From: Macrostomum lignano
Lineage: Eukaryota
Length of the DNA: 64,000 nt
Direction: 5' to 3'
Assembly: GCA_002269645.1 (NCBI GenBank)
Contig: NIVC01000237.1
Span: 248,001-312,000, forward strand
Both the position numbers and the translations under genes were made by a program. Positions 48,953-61,236 of this stretch are shown piece by piece; position 1 is the stretch's first letter, and every line of letters starts with the position of its first letter. Below the pieces are notes generated by a model. That model saw nothing but the letters and a program-made list of their open reading frames with translations, did no database searches and was not told the origin of the DNA.

Positions 48953-51800
48953 CCAGCTGCAACACTCTGGAAGCAGCTCCAGCTCTGATGACGATGCCTG
49001 AAGGTCGAGGCTACATCGAGGTTGTCAACACTGCTGACTGCGAGGTGTTCCTGCAGTCGGGCATCCGCTTTGGTGTTGTGACACCACTCAGAACTGCTGA
49101 CCTGATGTACCTGGAAGAGACGCCGGAACCTGAAGTGCGACATTTGCCAAGGAGCCTGAAGGGTCCAGCACAGCTTGGCTAGAGGAAGTCCTGAACAGCG
49201 AACTGTCCGAAGATCAACGACAGAGTGCGAGATAGACTAGTTGAGTGTCAAGCAGCCTTCTCGAAGCACCTGCTAGACGCTGGCCTGACTCACCTGGTGA
49301 CCCACGAGATCATCCTGAAGGATCGGACACCAGTTGCGCTACCACCGCGCAGGATCCCGCCTCATCTGAAGGACAAGCTCGACGCCCTGCTAGACGAGAT
49401 GCTAGCAAAGCACATCATTCGCCCAGCCTATTCGAGCTACAACTCGCCAATGCTGATAGTGCCCAAGAAGGACGGCAACATCAGGCTGGTGCATGACTTT
49501 AGAGCTCTCAACGACAAGTGCGTGTACCACCCGTACCCGCTGCCGCACATTCAGGAGACTTTCGCGAAGCTGCGTGGTGCCCAGTGGTACTCTAGCTTGG
49601 ATCTCACGCAAAGATTCTGGCAGATCCCGCTGCGCGACTGCGATCAGCACCTGACGGCGTTCTCTGTGATTGACCGCGGACAATTCTGTTTCAATGTTCT
49701 ACCGATGGGTCTCCACGATAGTCCAGGCAGCTTTCAGCGTTGCATCAATAAGCTCCTGGACGGCCTGACGCCAAGGACTGCGCTTGGCTACATGGATGAC
49801 ATCGTGGTGCACTCAGTGACCTTCGAGGAGCAGCTGGACAACCTGCGGACTGTACTCCAGCGGATTATCGCAGCCAACCTCAAGGTCAAGCCGAAAAAGT
49901 GCCATTTGTTCCTCAAGGAGCTGCATTATCTAGGTCACGTCGTGACTCCCGACGGCCTGAAGACATGTGAGGACAAGATTGCGCAGATTCGTGATTGGCC
50001 CGTGCCACAGTCCGTTACTCAACTGAGACAATTCCTAGGCCTCGCCCATTACTACCACAAGTTTGTCAACGGCTACGCTGGATTTGCTGCGCCGCTGCAT
50101 GCCCTGACTCGAAAGGACATTGGCAGCCTGCGGCAGCCTGCGGCAGCATTGGACTGATGAGTACCAGGTAGCGTTCGACACGTTAAAGAAGAAGTTGTGT
50201 TCGACTAAAGTTCTCGCTCTGCCTGAGTTTAACTCAGATCCTGATGTGAAGTTTGTCCTAGACACTGATGCCTCAGACACTCGCATAGGCGCTTGTCTTG
50301 GACAACGGCAATCTGACGGCGTCGAGCGCCCAATTGCATTCTTTAGCCGGAAACTTCGTGATCCTGAAAAGCGCTACACGGTCACGAAGAAAGCTGCTTG
50401 CAATCGTGGACGCGATGCGACATTTCCGTCACTATTTAATCGGCAAGAAGTTTGAAGTTCGATCTGACCATCGGGCCTTGCTGTGGCTGTTGAACCAGAC
50501 GCAGGTCACAGGCATCTTGGGCCGTTAGATTGAGCGATTAAGCGAGTTCCGCTTCCAGCTTCACCATCGCAAAGGCAAGGACCACGCCAACGCTGACGCC
50601 CTGTCAAGACGCCCGGAGACACCACCGGTTGAATTCCAACATGGCCGACTGCTGGAGCACCCCGGTTCTGCAGCCCGACCCGGTGATGACAACAGCCTGG
50701 AGCCGGACTTGGACACCACACGTGAGGCCACTGCGAGAGCAGCCCGCACGAAGAAGGTCCACCTTCGCAACAAGGAGGCCGAAACTGCCCTGGCCGAAGA
50801 CCTGGAGGCCACTGCGCCAGCAGCTCTTCAGCACGACGACCATCGCTGCAGTCAACGCCTGCAGACCGGTTTGGACAGCAACCCGGAGGCCACTGATACC
50901 TCAGCCCTCCGCAGAGATGCCCACGCCGATTGCCGTTACTTGGAGATTTGCCCGGACAAACCCTCGAAGGCCACTGCTGACGTAGACCTCCTTGATGATG
51001 TCCAAGACTGCGGGTCTCGGAACCTGGAGACGCCCATGGATCAAGACTCAGAGGCCACTGAACAAGCAGCCCTCCTGATGACGGCGCACAACGCAGATCC
51101 AGAGCAGAAATGTAAGTTTAACCCCCAGGAGTTTTGCGCTGAGAGTTCTCGCAGTGTTGACAGAGGCCAGACTCTCGCGACGGCTGCAAGGTCGACGCTC
51201 TGTCCTCCGAGCCGACAGACAGCTGCTCATCGCCTGTGCGGAAAGTCGAGTCCCCCTTTGCGACACCGCCCACTGCTGGAGAAGACTCACCCAATGTCGA
51301 TGATGAACGAGCCGACGGCTACGGCTGCCTGCGACGAGGCGTGCTTCACATGTTGCGTCTCGCCCTACAGCCAAGAGTCGCCTGGGCTGTGCAGTGGAGG
51401 CAAGTGCACTGCTCCAGCTGCGGAAATGCCTGTCAAGAGAGCGAAGATGAGAACTTCGAAACGAGATCAGCGATCGTACGCCGACGTTGTGAGACAAAGT
51501 CCCTCGGAGCGACCTAATCCTGTCGCCGACAAGACAGAGTCGTGTGATCAACTGCGAGCCACAGAAGCGGAGACTGAGGAAATCCGGAACCCTCAGCCAT
51601 GCCGCGCCGTGCTCACCGATTTTCTGAGGTTGCAGATGACGCGGCAACAGTTTGTCGACGCGCAGCGCGCCGACCGAGCTATCAGCTACGTGCTCAACTT
51701 GGTCGAGAACAAAGCTCCGAAGCCTGAGTTCGACGCCCGGTTGCGGCTGACGAAGGAGCAGCGGAATATGCTCGGATATTATGATAATATTATCCGAGAA
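48953..51800 (+). pseudogene. Gypsy pol remnant (RT, RNase H, long spacer, start of integrase region)
   Basis: YPLPHI, SSLDL..FWQI, LPMGLHDSPGSFQ, YMDD, LDTDAS, SDHRAL and HANADALSR. Frameshifts near 50130 and 50390, TAG in place of Trp at ~50526, integrase core absent. Confidence 0.9.
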
Positions 51801-52923
51801 TATCCGAGAATCCGAGAATATTATTATCATAATATATGATAATAATTAGCGCGACCCACTGGCCGCGCTAATCGAGCGCCCCGTAATCAGGACTTTGCCA
51901 TGCCCTTGGAGCAGGCTGGCTTGCTCAAGGTCCCCTTATCCAGGTCGAGCGCATTGTTTAAGCGCTCTGGAATTTTGTGTGTGCTCAGTAGCCCATGACT
52001 TTTGTGTGGCCTGAAATCTGTTTAGGCGCCATTTCTTCTGTGGGCCGGAGCTTCCACCTTCTATTTAGGCGCCATCTAGTAGCAGGCTGGCGCCCCTGCA
52101 GTATAGGGCAACGATCTCTATGGCCTGCCCAGCCATGCAGTTCAGCGAACGCATTTCAATTTTAGTTGCTCAAGTTTGTTCTCCCTTTTTGTTATTTAAT
52201 CTGCATTTGCTCTAGTTTCTAAATAAAGCGCGCGCCGCTTCACTCAGCCTCTTTATTGGAACGGGGAGAGTGTAGTGAGTCGCTATTTAGTTAGGCGCCG
52301 CACTAGTCAGCTGTTTCCCTCGCCCTCGCCCCAGGCTTCTGTCTGCCGCTGGGCAGTTGCCTGTCCCTTCCCGCCTGTCTTCTGGCCTGTCCCTTGCCCG
52401 TTTGTCCTCGTTTGCCTCTTTTTTGTCTCGTGTTCTCGTTTTGCAGTGCCCAGACAGCTTGGTCTGGCCTGCCTCTGTTTCGTTCTCTGTTTGGCATCTC
52501 CAAATTTGGAGTGCCGTTCTGTTTTCCGGTCCCAAGGTCACGAGTGCCTTCACTTGTGGGCCTTTTTACCTCTTGTCATGTGAGCCAGTCACATGACAGG
52601 GCCTTCTTCCTTCTTTAGTCCAAAGTGCAATGATTTCATCATTGTGCGTTGGACTCGTGTTTATGGGGAGATCACGTGCGCCCGGACCCCCTGCCTCCTC
52701 TGAGGCAGGGCCCGCTTGTTTGTTGCTAAAATAGCAACAGAGTCACTCATGACTCTCAGCGGGGTTTTTTCGTGCTATGGTGCAATCGATTCTCCCTATA
52801 GATGCAACCCCTCTCAAGGCTTGGCTCAGTCAACCGTTCCGCGTTTCCTAGTTCGAAAGACCTTCAAGAATAAACCCGTGCCTCTAAGTCTGCGTGTAAA
52901 GTTTGTGCTTAAGTTGAACTGTC

Positions 52924-55240
52924 GGTTTACCCCCGATTCGCCGAATTCCGATTCGCCGATTCCCGATTCGCCGAATTCCTGACTCGCCGAATTCCTGACT
53001 CGCGGAATTCATGATTTGCCGAATTCCTGACTCGCCGAAATCCTGATTCGCCGATTCCTGCTTCGCCGAAATTCCTGATTTTCCGAATTCCTGATTTTCC
53101 GAATTCCTGACTCGCCGAACCTTCCAGTTTCTAATTGTACGACGCCACAGGTGGAAGTGGATGCATGCCAGGTGGGCCGGGTTGTGATTGGCCAGCTCTG
53201 GAGGCTCTCCTGCCTAGCCCTGTCTGCACGCTCGTATATAAGGGCCAGATTTCCAGTTGAGGCAGTCATACTTTTATAAATACAACTCAACACGTGAGCC
53301 AGTGACCTCAAGACAACATAAGTTATGGCTCAGGCCGGACCCGCACCCGAAAGGGCCGAATTCGTAGTGAGCGAACGAGGAGGCCAGCTTCTGCTCCGCG
53401 ATGGCTACCTGTATCGCGTGGATAAAAAGAGTCTGGTGGCTTCCTACTACAAGTGCCGAGAGGAACGCTGCAATTCTAGGTTCAAAGTTGAAGACGGGTT
53501 TGTGACGTCGACGTCTGGAAGTCACGAACACCCGCCGCCATCGGCCGCCGCTCTCAAGCGCAAAGCTTTTGCCGAGACAATGAAGGCGCAGGCACAAGAA
53601 TCTGCCCTTCCAATTGCACGGATCTACCGAGACCAGGTGGCGACAAATGCTGCCGAGGGTGCAGATCTCGCCACGGTGCCCACGTTCTCCAGCGTCAAGA
53701 CGGCCGCATACCACGCTCGACTCGCGGTCGTTCCACCGTTGCCTCCGACAGCTCAGCACTACGAGGTCGAGGCCGAGGTGTTCAACACTGCCACCGTTTT
53801 GGACTCGCGCGCATTGAATCTAGCGGGACCACGGGTCGTTGGATTCACGACGGACGCTCTGCTGGCAAGACTTGGCGAGTGCGAACGGTTGCAGATTGAT
53901 GGTACTTTCAGCTGCTGCCCTGAGATCTTCTACCAGCTGTTCATCATTCACGGCAAGGTCCTCGGTGCGTGGGAGCCTCTTGTCTTCTTTCTGCTTGCCG
54001 CAAAGGATCAGAGAACGTATGAGACATGCTGGGATCTGATCCATGCTGAGGTTCTTCGAGTAACAGGTCATGACTGCATGGCAACGACCATTCTGACAGA
54101 CTTAGAAGCCGGAAGCATGAACGCAGCGACTGGTAGGTGGCCACACTATCTGCAACCTGCCTTGCGAGGCTGCTTTTTCCACTTCTGCCAGTGCATCCTA
54201 CGCCGCGTTGCCTCCGCTGGATTGAAGGCAGCGTACGAAGGTGACCCCGAGGTGAGGGCAACCGTTCGGCGTCTGATGGCGCTGCCGTTGATGCCACTGG
54301 CTGGAGTGGAAGATGCCTTCCAGTTCATCCTCGGAGACATGCCTGCCCAAGCCCATCCGAATCATGCTCAAGTGGTCGCATTGATGGACTATGTGACTAC
54401 TACTTGGATTGACAGGGCCGCACAGTTTCAACCGCCACTGTGGAACCACTACGGTGAAGATGACGACAGGACCATCAACGCCGCCGAGGGTCGTCATCAC
54501 GCCCCCAACCAAGTCGCGGGGAACCATCGTTTCAACGTTCATTCTTTTGTGCGCGAGGTTGTGAAGGAGCTCCGGAACTGCCAGACACGCATTCAGCAAC
54601 GAGCCGCTGGCAATGTCACCAGTCGGCAAAGCTCTCGCGCGAAGAGGCTGGCAACAACAATTGCAAGACTCCGGGACGAGTTTCAAGCAGGCCAGAGAAC
54701 ACTGGAGCAGTTCCTTGACGCTTGTGGCTACCAGCTGCAGCTTTGAACATTTCTCTTGCCGTGACATAATAACCATGCAGCTTTGAACATTTCTCTTGCC
54801 GTGACATAATAACCATGCAGCTTTGAACATTTCTCTTGCCGTGACATAATAAGTTTTTTGCCACAAGAGTTTATTACATATTTTCTATCCTTTTATCTGA
54901 ACTTTCCACAGCTGTTGTCACCTACAGTAATAATAATAATACAAATAATACAATTTTTATACAATCCAAAATACAATATTACAATAATATAACTACAATA
55001 ATAATTGTCTCCAAGTCTGATCCCCAGAAGCACTTGTTCAGCTGATGGTGCGCCTGTGTGTGCGTGTGTGAGTGGACGGTCAATGGGGTAATCGGCGAAT
55101 CAGGAATTCGGCGAGTCAGGAATTCGGCAAATCAGGAATTTCAGCGAAGCAGGAATCGGCGAATCAGGATTTTGGCGAGTCAGGAATTCGGCGAATCATG
55201 AATTTGGCGAATTGGGAATTCGGCGAATCGGGGGTAAACC
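52924..55240 (+). mobile_element. Mutator-superfamily (Phantom-type) DNA transposon, 2317 bp, foldback-like TIRs
   Basis: Perfect 26-bp terminal inverted repeat GGTTTACCCCCGATTCGCCGAATTCC followed by arrays of ~17-bp subrepeats; 8-bp TSD GAACTGTC (52916-52923 and 55241-55248). Confidence 0.92.
53325..54746 (+). CDS. FLYWCH + MULE-domain transposase, 473 aa, intronless
   Basis: FLYWCH-like GYLYR..YYKC..RC...HEHP; IDGTF, LTDLE, GCFFHFCQ and TINAAEG (DDE triad). Confidence 0.92.
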   Translation: MAQAGPAPERAEFVVSERGGQLLLRDGYLYRVDKKSLVASYYKCREERCNSRFKVEDGFVTSTSGSHEHPPPSAAALKRKAFAETMKAQAQESALPIARIYRDQVATNAAEGADLATVPTFSSVKTAAYHARLAVVPPLPPTAQHYEVEAEVFNTATVLDSRALNLAGPRVVGFTTDALLARLGECERLQIDGTFSCCPEIFYQLFIIHGKVLGAWEPLVFFLLAAKDQRTYETCWDLIHAEVLRVTGHDCMATTILTDLEAGSMNAATGRWPHYLQPALRGCFFHFCQCILRRVASAGLKAAYEGDPEVRATVRRLMALPLMPLAGVEDAFQFILGDMPAQAHPNHAQVVALMDYVTTTWIDRAAQFQPPLWNHYGEDDDRTINAAEGRHHAPNQVAGNHRFNVHSFVREVVKELRNCQTRIQQRAAGNVTSRQSSRAKRLATTIARLRDEFQAGQRTLEQFLDACGYQLQL

Positions 55241-55829
55241 GAACTGTCAGGCCTCCCGACTGCGCGTGCCTGCTTCAAATTGTTCCTGCTATCTATTAGC
55301 AGGGCAGCTTAAACCGCCCGAAGCTAGCACCATCGCTCTCACCCTGCACTAACCCGGCAGGGACTGCTGACTGTGGACGCTTCTGTTCGAGAACTGCTAA
55401 ATCTGCACGAAGTGCTTGACTTTCTTTCATCTTAGTTATTTGCTTCTACGAGATCGGCACCTCACCGAAGGCTGCGACTCTGTGAAGCTAGTGGCAGCAC
55501 TACCTATGCTACAAGTATTGTTTCTAAGAAACCGGCAGCTAGAGGTCACCGCCCAGTGCCAGGAGACCTACCAGGCCATCTCTGGACCAACTAAAGCGAT
55601 CCTATTTGAGGCCTCTAGACTACAACCACAGGCAAGACACCTATACTTCACTGGTGGCAGTGGTGGGATTTCAAGACCTACTGGGCCATCTCTAGATGAC
55701 ATCGAAGAAGCCTATACTTCACTAATTTAATAGAAGTCTATAGAAAAGCTTATAAACTATGAGTACTACATATTTTTTCCAGTTGTAGCCATAAGAGCAG
55801 TTTTTTCTATGGGAAGCTATGGCAAGGCT

Positions 55830-56100
55830 CATGGGGGGAATTGTTGAGATGTCGATGCTTATGGGAGAATTGCTGAGATGTCAATGCTTATGGGGAGAAT
55901 TGCTGAGATGTCAATGCTTATGGGGAGAATTGCTGAGATGTTAATGCTTATGGGGAGAAATGCTTAGGTGTCAATGCTTATGGGGGGAATTGCTGAGATG
56001 TCAATGCTTATGGGGGGAATTGCTGAGATGTCAATGCTTATGGGGGGAATTGCTGAGCTGGCAAGGTTTAAGCAGAATTGCTAAGATGTCAATGCTTAGG
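55830..56100. repeat. 30-bp minisatellite (GGGGAGAATTGCTGAGATGTCAATGCTTAT)
   Basis: About 8 copies. Confidence 0.85.
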
Positions 56101-57440
56101 AGGAACCACTAAGATCCAAAGGCTGAGGTCTGAAGCTATGTGTGGTTCATTTAAAAAATCATTACATTTTTGTTTGCTCCCTGCTGGGAGGGGGGCATAG
56201 ATTGCTAATTTTATCATAGCCATTTGTATTCTATAGCTATAGTATATTTAGGCATAGGAATTTTCAATTAAAAACCATACATTGAAAAGACTATAAAGTG
56301 CATTTTGTCAAAGGTGTATTTAACAAATTAACTATTGCTTATTTTAATCTCCATTGCACAATGATTTTATAAATCCATTTGTCCTAAAACTTTTTTTGGA
56401 AGCAACAATAGGCTAAACACATTATAGTTGAAATGACAATTAGCATATAATTAGTAAGAGACATTATTTTCCATTTTATAAACTTGGAATATGCAAGCAT
56501 ATTAATATAAATATATAAGCAATCATATGCATAAGCACATATTCACCTAGGTATATAGCAGCTATAAATATAGGCATGAAAGTAGGTAGCAATGTCTACT
56601 TTAAAAAATAGAACTACCAAGGAAAGAAATCCCTTTTTGCTATATTTAAACAGAATAACAGGCACACAAAATTCAAGAGCATGGGCCAACTTTTTTTGCA
56701 TACTATTTAAAAAAACCAAGTTGCCAGCCTTTTATGACTAATGAGATAATGATTCTTCCTTATAAGCATTAATATATTCAATATATTCCTATGTAGCAAT
56801 TAGCAATATACTATATGGCATTTGTAAGCCTATAAATTTAATAAAAATGTTGACCACATATTTTTGCATCAGTTATGACTTTTTTGGACATTGGCCTTCA
56901 CCTAGGCAAAGCTTTTGGAACTTTGCTAGATAAGATAGTATCAAATGACTACAAATATCTTAATGCTAATTTTTCTAGTTTTGCTGATCAAGCCACAATA
57001 GTTAATACATACTTTATATATAGGAAGGTCAGACCAAATCTATAGCTTGTACTTGTGCTATGCAAGGAGTCTTTAGATCAGAAAAGAATTTATAAAAAAA
57101 CTTGATAATAAAGATATGATGTAGGGTATTTGTTTTAATAGAAAGACCTTCCAATATAAGTATTAGATATGTTATAAAGCATTTCTAGGAAAATACCATA
57201 TTTTGAATCTGTGCGAAAAAGAAATCATTATTTTTGTTTTATTGTTGTGAGCTCAAATAATATTTCACAAAATAATTTTTGTTTTAAATACATTTCACAA
57301 CTAGTATAAATAGGAGCCCAGAATGGGCCTAAAGAAGTCAACTGGGAGTAACTCGTCTAACTGTCCTTAGGCTTGTCTACTGCAATTTGCAAGTTCTATT
57401 AAATCCTATTTGCAAGGCTTAAGATTTATTCATTTCCTAG

Positions 57441-57866
57441 TGTAAGAACCCCAATTGGGAGTATTGTTAGAAAACTGCTGAAAAGTGAGAGAATTGACTA
57501 AGAGTAGAAAGGACCTATGGAGTAGCAGGTCGCCTCAGGGCAGAGAAAATGCTTCATAGCAGGAGAAGATCGCCTCAGGGCAGAAAAGGAGCATAAGCTG
57601 TGACCCTCTAATCCAGGGAATGCCCAGGACTGAGAGAATAATATCTTAAGAGGAGTATAGGAATAAGATAGACAGTGCCAATAAACTGCTCAGGCTAAAA
57701 GTACAATGGTGCATGTATAGACACTACCAATAGAAATAGATAAGTAGACACTACCAATAAAAGTAGATAAGTAGATGCTACCAATAGAAGTAGATAAGTA
57801 GACGCTACTTGTGATAATAGTATATTTAGGCAAGGTTACATTAAGTAGAGAGATAGAAGTGTAACA
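57441..57866 (+). mobile_element. Probable solo LTR (426 bp), or 5' LTR of a decayed element
   Basis: TGT...ACA termini, CTAG on both sides (57437-57440 and 57867-57870), AATAAA inside. A PBS-like TGGTGGCAGAG lies just downstream (~57878), so the end could be a few bases further. Confidence 0.55.
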
Positions 57867-59180
57867 CTAGTGCAACTTGGTGGCAGAGAGTAAGACTAAC
57901 AAAAGAATAATTAAGAGCCCTGGGACAGCTTTTGGTGGCATATTGAAATTATTATTAGAGACAGAAGTAACCCCTAGGACAGATAGGATCAGGTGGGATA
58001 AGCCATAGTAGAAAAAAGCAATAACAACTTAGTGGCAGGTGGGGGTCATTTTGTCTACTAGAGGTCTAGATAGTTGTCTGCTATTGTGTCTAATGAAAAC
58101 AATACCTAGCAATGAAGCAGTGAAGCATGTATTGCCATTTGTGCAAAGAGCAATATTTGCTACAAATAAGCATCTATTTTTTTTAATTTTATCATTTAGT
58201 ACTACTTTTATTAAGATAAATATAGATCTATATATCCCAAGTTTTGAATTCACATTTTAGTAGAAATTTTGTACAAAGCACAAAGTTCATATAGTTTCTC
58301 TAAACATTTCTTGTAGTGCTGCAGTCTTGTAGTGACTGCAACAGCAGCACAGCAGCACCACAGCCTAGCAGCCACAGCAGTAACCCAAAGCACAAATTGG
58401 CCCAGTCAGCCCACCCTCTGGTGGCTCCTGGGGTCTTACCTTTCAGCCACCACATTGGACCAACCAGCGCCACATGCTGCAGCTAATTCTATAAGCTCGT
58501 AGGTTAGCACCGCTGCTGCTAGCCTAACATCCCCAGCCTTTGTGCAGGAGCTTCAACCCAGCTCATGGTAGCAACTGACTGTTGATTGCCTTGAATGTGG
58601 TCCAGCCGCGCCTCTATTGCTTTTGGCACCCACCTAGCACCCTGCTGCTTTTGGCAACCTGCCTAGTGCCCTGCTGCTTTTGGTGTCTACCTGGCACCCT
58701 GCTGCCTTCAGCACCTGCCTTGCACCCTACCACTTTTGGTGCCCACTTTGGGCCCTTGCCAACTTTGGCACCCGGCTGATTTTGCGCCCACTCCTCTGCA
58801 CTCTTGCTGTCTTGGCTACTTACCGCCTGATGCTTGGGGCCTAGCTTGGTGCTAGGGGGAGCTGTGTGGCGGCCAGACTGTATGCGACTAGTAGCACCAG
58901 TGCAACCACACTGGAAACCCCCCAACCTCTGTCTAGCTAATAAAGCACTTTTACGTATCTTCCTAGGCCTCTCAATATTGCGCTATTTGTGTAAATATAA
59001 ATATACGCACAAAATCTTCGCTGCCATTACATCTATTGAACTAAAAGGCCTACCACCTCATATGTATATATATATATTATTTTTTAGGCCTAGAAATAAT
59101 GCAAACCAATTGTGCACACCTAACTTTTGGCATGCAAAGCCAAAGCATACCCAATTTTTTGTAATATTAGAGGTCTACAT

Positions 59181-60018
59181 TAGGGATGCCAAAACCATCA
59201 ATTTTGTAGAACCAGTTAACTGGTTTTAAAACCCAGGTTTTGGCCAAAATCAGTTTCAAAACTAGTTTTCTGTTTTTTGTTGCCAGACCACTCAAAAACG
59301 TCATTTAGCATGCTTGCACTATAAAATATGCTTGAAATTGATTTTGTATCATTTTCTTTTTCTAGTGTACTTGTCTATCACCAAATGAAGGGTGCATTTA
59401 ATTTATTATTCATTTTTATTAGAAATTTTGTTAAGGTTGATAGTTTTTTCTAGTGCAAATGGATAAAGTCAAATAATAACTGGAAAATGTAAATCAGTAT
59501 ATTAATACACCTGCTTTGCTTTCTTGACTGATTATTGATTTTGTTTACTAGTCTTATACAGCTTTTAGTATACCAAAAGTATTAAATCAAAATCTAACCA
59601 ACACAACAAAATCATTTTTATTAATGACAATAGGTAATAGTTGATAATTAGATATTAAAATAGATATATTGCATATTTCTTTGTTCATTTGATCAATATG
59701 ATTATTAGATTATTCCCTTTTATAATACATACTTTATCTACAAATCCTGATTTGTGATTTGTAATTTGTAAAAATATAGTTGAATAGTTGAATCTTGCAT
59801 AGAAATAGTTTACATTAATTATAATGTGCAATATAACAATACAAAAATAAGCCACAATAGGAAATCTTAGCTTGTTTATAAAATAAAATACTAAAAAATT
59901 GTTAACAAAATACATAATTTAGAAGTGCAAAAACAGGACCAAAACTGGATCAAAAAACTAGTTTTTGGGGCCAAAACTAGATTTTTAGTTAACCAGTTAA
60001 CTGGAATTGGCATCCCTA
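59181..60018. mobile_element. hAT-like MITE, 838 bp
   Basis: 12-bp TIR TAGGGATGCCAA / TTGGCATCCCTA, 8-bp TSD GTCTACAT, subterminal palindrome CCAGTTAACTGG at both ends. Confidence 0.88.
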
Positions 60019-60118
60019 GTCTACATGATCTGGGATATGGTGCATCCTCATTATTAGGATTAAAAATAGAACTTGGTACAATTTGGTATCAATGGTAAAA
60101 TAATTCAATTAGAAAAGC

Positions 60119-61236
60119 TTTTTAAACTTTGACTGACTTGGAATATTCTGACAGTTATTCCAACTCATAATGTAGTTAAATTATGAATCAGAATATTCCA
60201 ACCTTTATTCAGACTAATTATTAAATATATAGCAAGAGTCTAAATACTATTCCAACTCTTATTCTGACTGATCATTAAATACATTATAAGAGTCTAACTA
60301 TCATTCCAACTCTTATTTATTTTGGCTGATTATTTAATACATTGCAAGAGTCTAAATATCATAAGGCTCTTAATTCTAGCTAATTATTAAATAGATTGCA
60401 AGAGTCTAAATATCATTCTGACTCTTATCAGATTGATAATTAGTATTCATATTAGAGATTTAGTATATTTAGATGTTGCAAATGTCTAAATATCATTCTG
60501 ACTCTTAATCTGACCCATAGTTTAATTTAATTTAATTTATTAGAAAACTTTAGGCAAACAATATTTTAAAGTTTGCTTCATTCTATGCATATTTTGTCAA
60601 AGTAAAAATTAAAAAAATTATGCATTCAACATAGGACCATATAAATTGAATCATATATATTTTAAGTCAACACTGCTCTTGTACAGATAAAACCAGTCCT
60701 GCAAAGCAAAAACTCTTTATTTAACATTACAAGTGCTTCAAAGTTCTTTCAACAGATTTTTTAAGCAGTACAAGCTCTTTTAAGTGAATTGCACATTTTA
60801 AACAAGTGTAATTGTCAACAAACCTCTAAGTGACTGAAAACTAAAATAAAAAAGCTTTTTGTATAAAAAATGTTCATGTGTTTTAAATTTTTAAATGCTA
60901 AAAATTGAATTTCTACATTAGTTTTTCATTTTTTATTAGCTAATATATATTTTTAGTTAGAGCAAAACTAAATAAACAATGAATAAATATAGTCTCCAAG
61001 TTTTCTAAATATAATAGAATTGATAAATTCTGACTCAATTATCTGTATTTAATGATCAGTTGGAATAAGAATTGGAATGATATTTAGACTCTTGCAATAT
61101 ATTTAATAATCAGTCAGAATAAAAGTCAGAATATTTGGACCATTATTCTAACTGGTAATTTAACCACATTAGCAGCATTACGACTTACGAGTTGGAATAA
61201 TGGTCGGAATATTCTGAGTCAGACAAAGTTTAAAAG
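60119..61236. mobile_element. Degenerate foldback element with repetitive inverted arms
   Basis: TTTTAAACTTTG.CTGACT..GAATATT at ~60120 is inverted at ~61200-61235; ~60-bp subrepeats (TTGCAAGAGTCTAAATATCATTC) are mirrored at 61030-61130. TSD not resolved. Confidence 0.6.

Larger units (their letters stand above)
48633..55721 (+). mobile_element. Decayed Gypsy/Ty3 LTR retrotransposon with two internal deletions and a nested MULE; right end uncertain
   Basis: LTR starts TGTAGTGAG at 48633 and 52271 (320 bp shared, one mismatch seen), PPT GGAACGGGGAGAG at ~52258-52270, RT-RH-IN order. CA followed by the left-flank CTAA occurs at 55348 and 55721, and CA+ACTAA at 55589. Confidence 0.8.

Noticed and set aside
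52716-55730. A host gene interrupted by the MULE (ORFs 52716..52982 and 55416..55730)
   Set aside because: The rejoined frame stops after a short distance, has no recognisable domain, and the region is better explained as LTR sequence.
58320-58930. GC-richer block with degenerate CCTGCTGCTTTTGGCA repeats and short ORFs
   Set aside because: Stops in the plausible frames, CpG-depleted and no recognisable domain; probably decayed TE interior.
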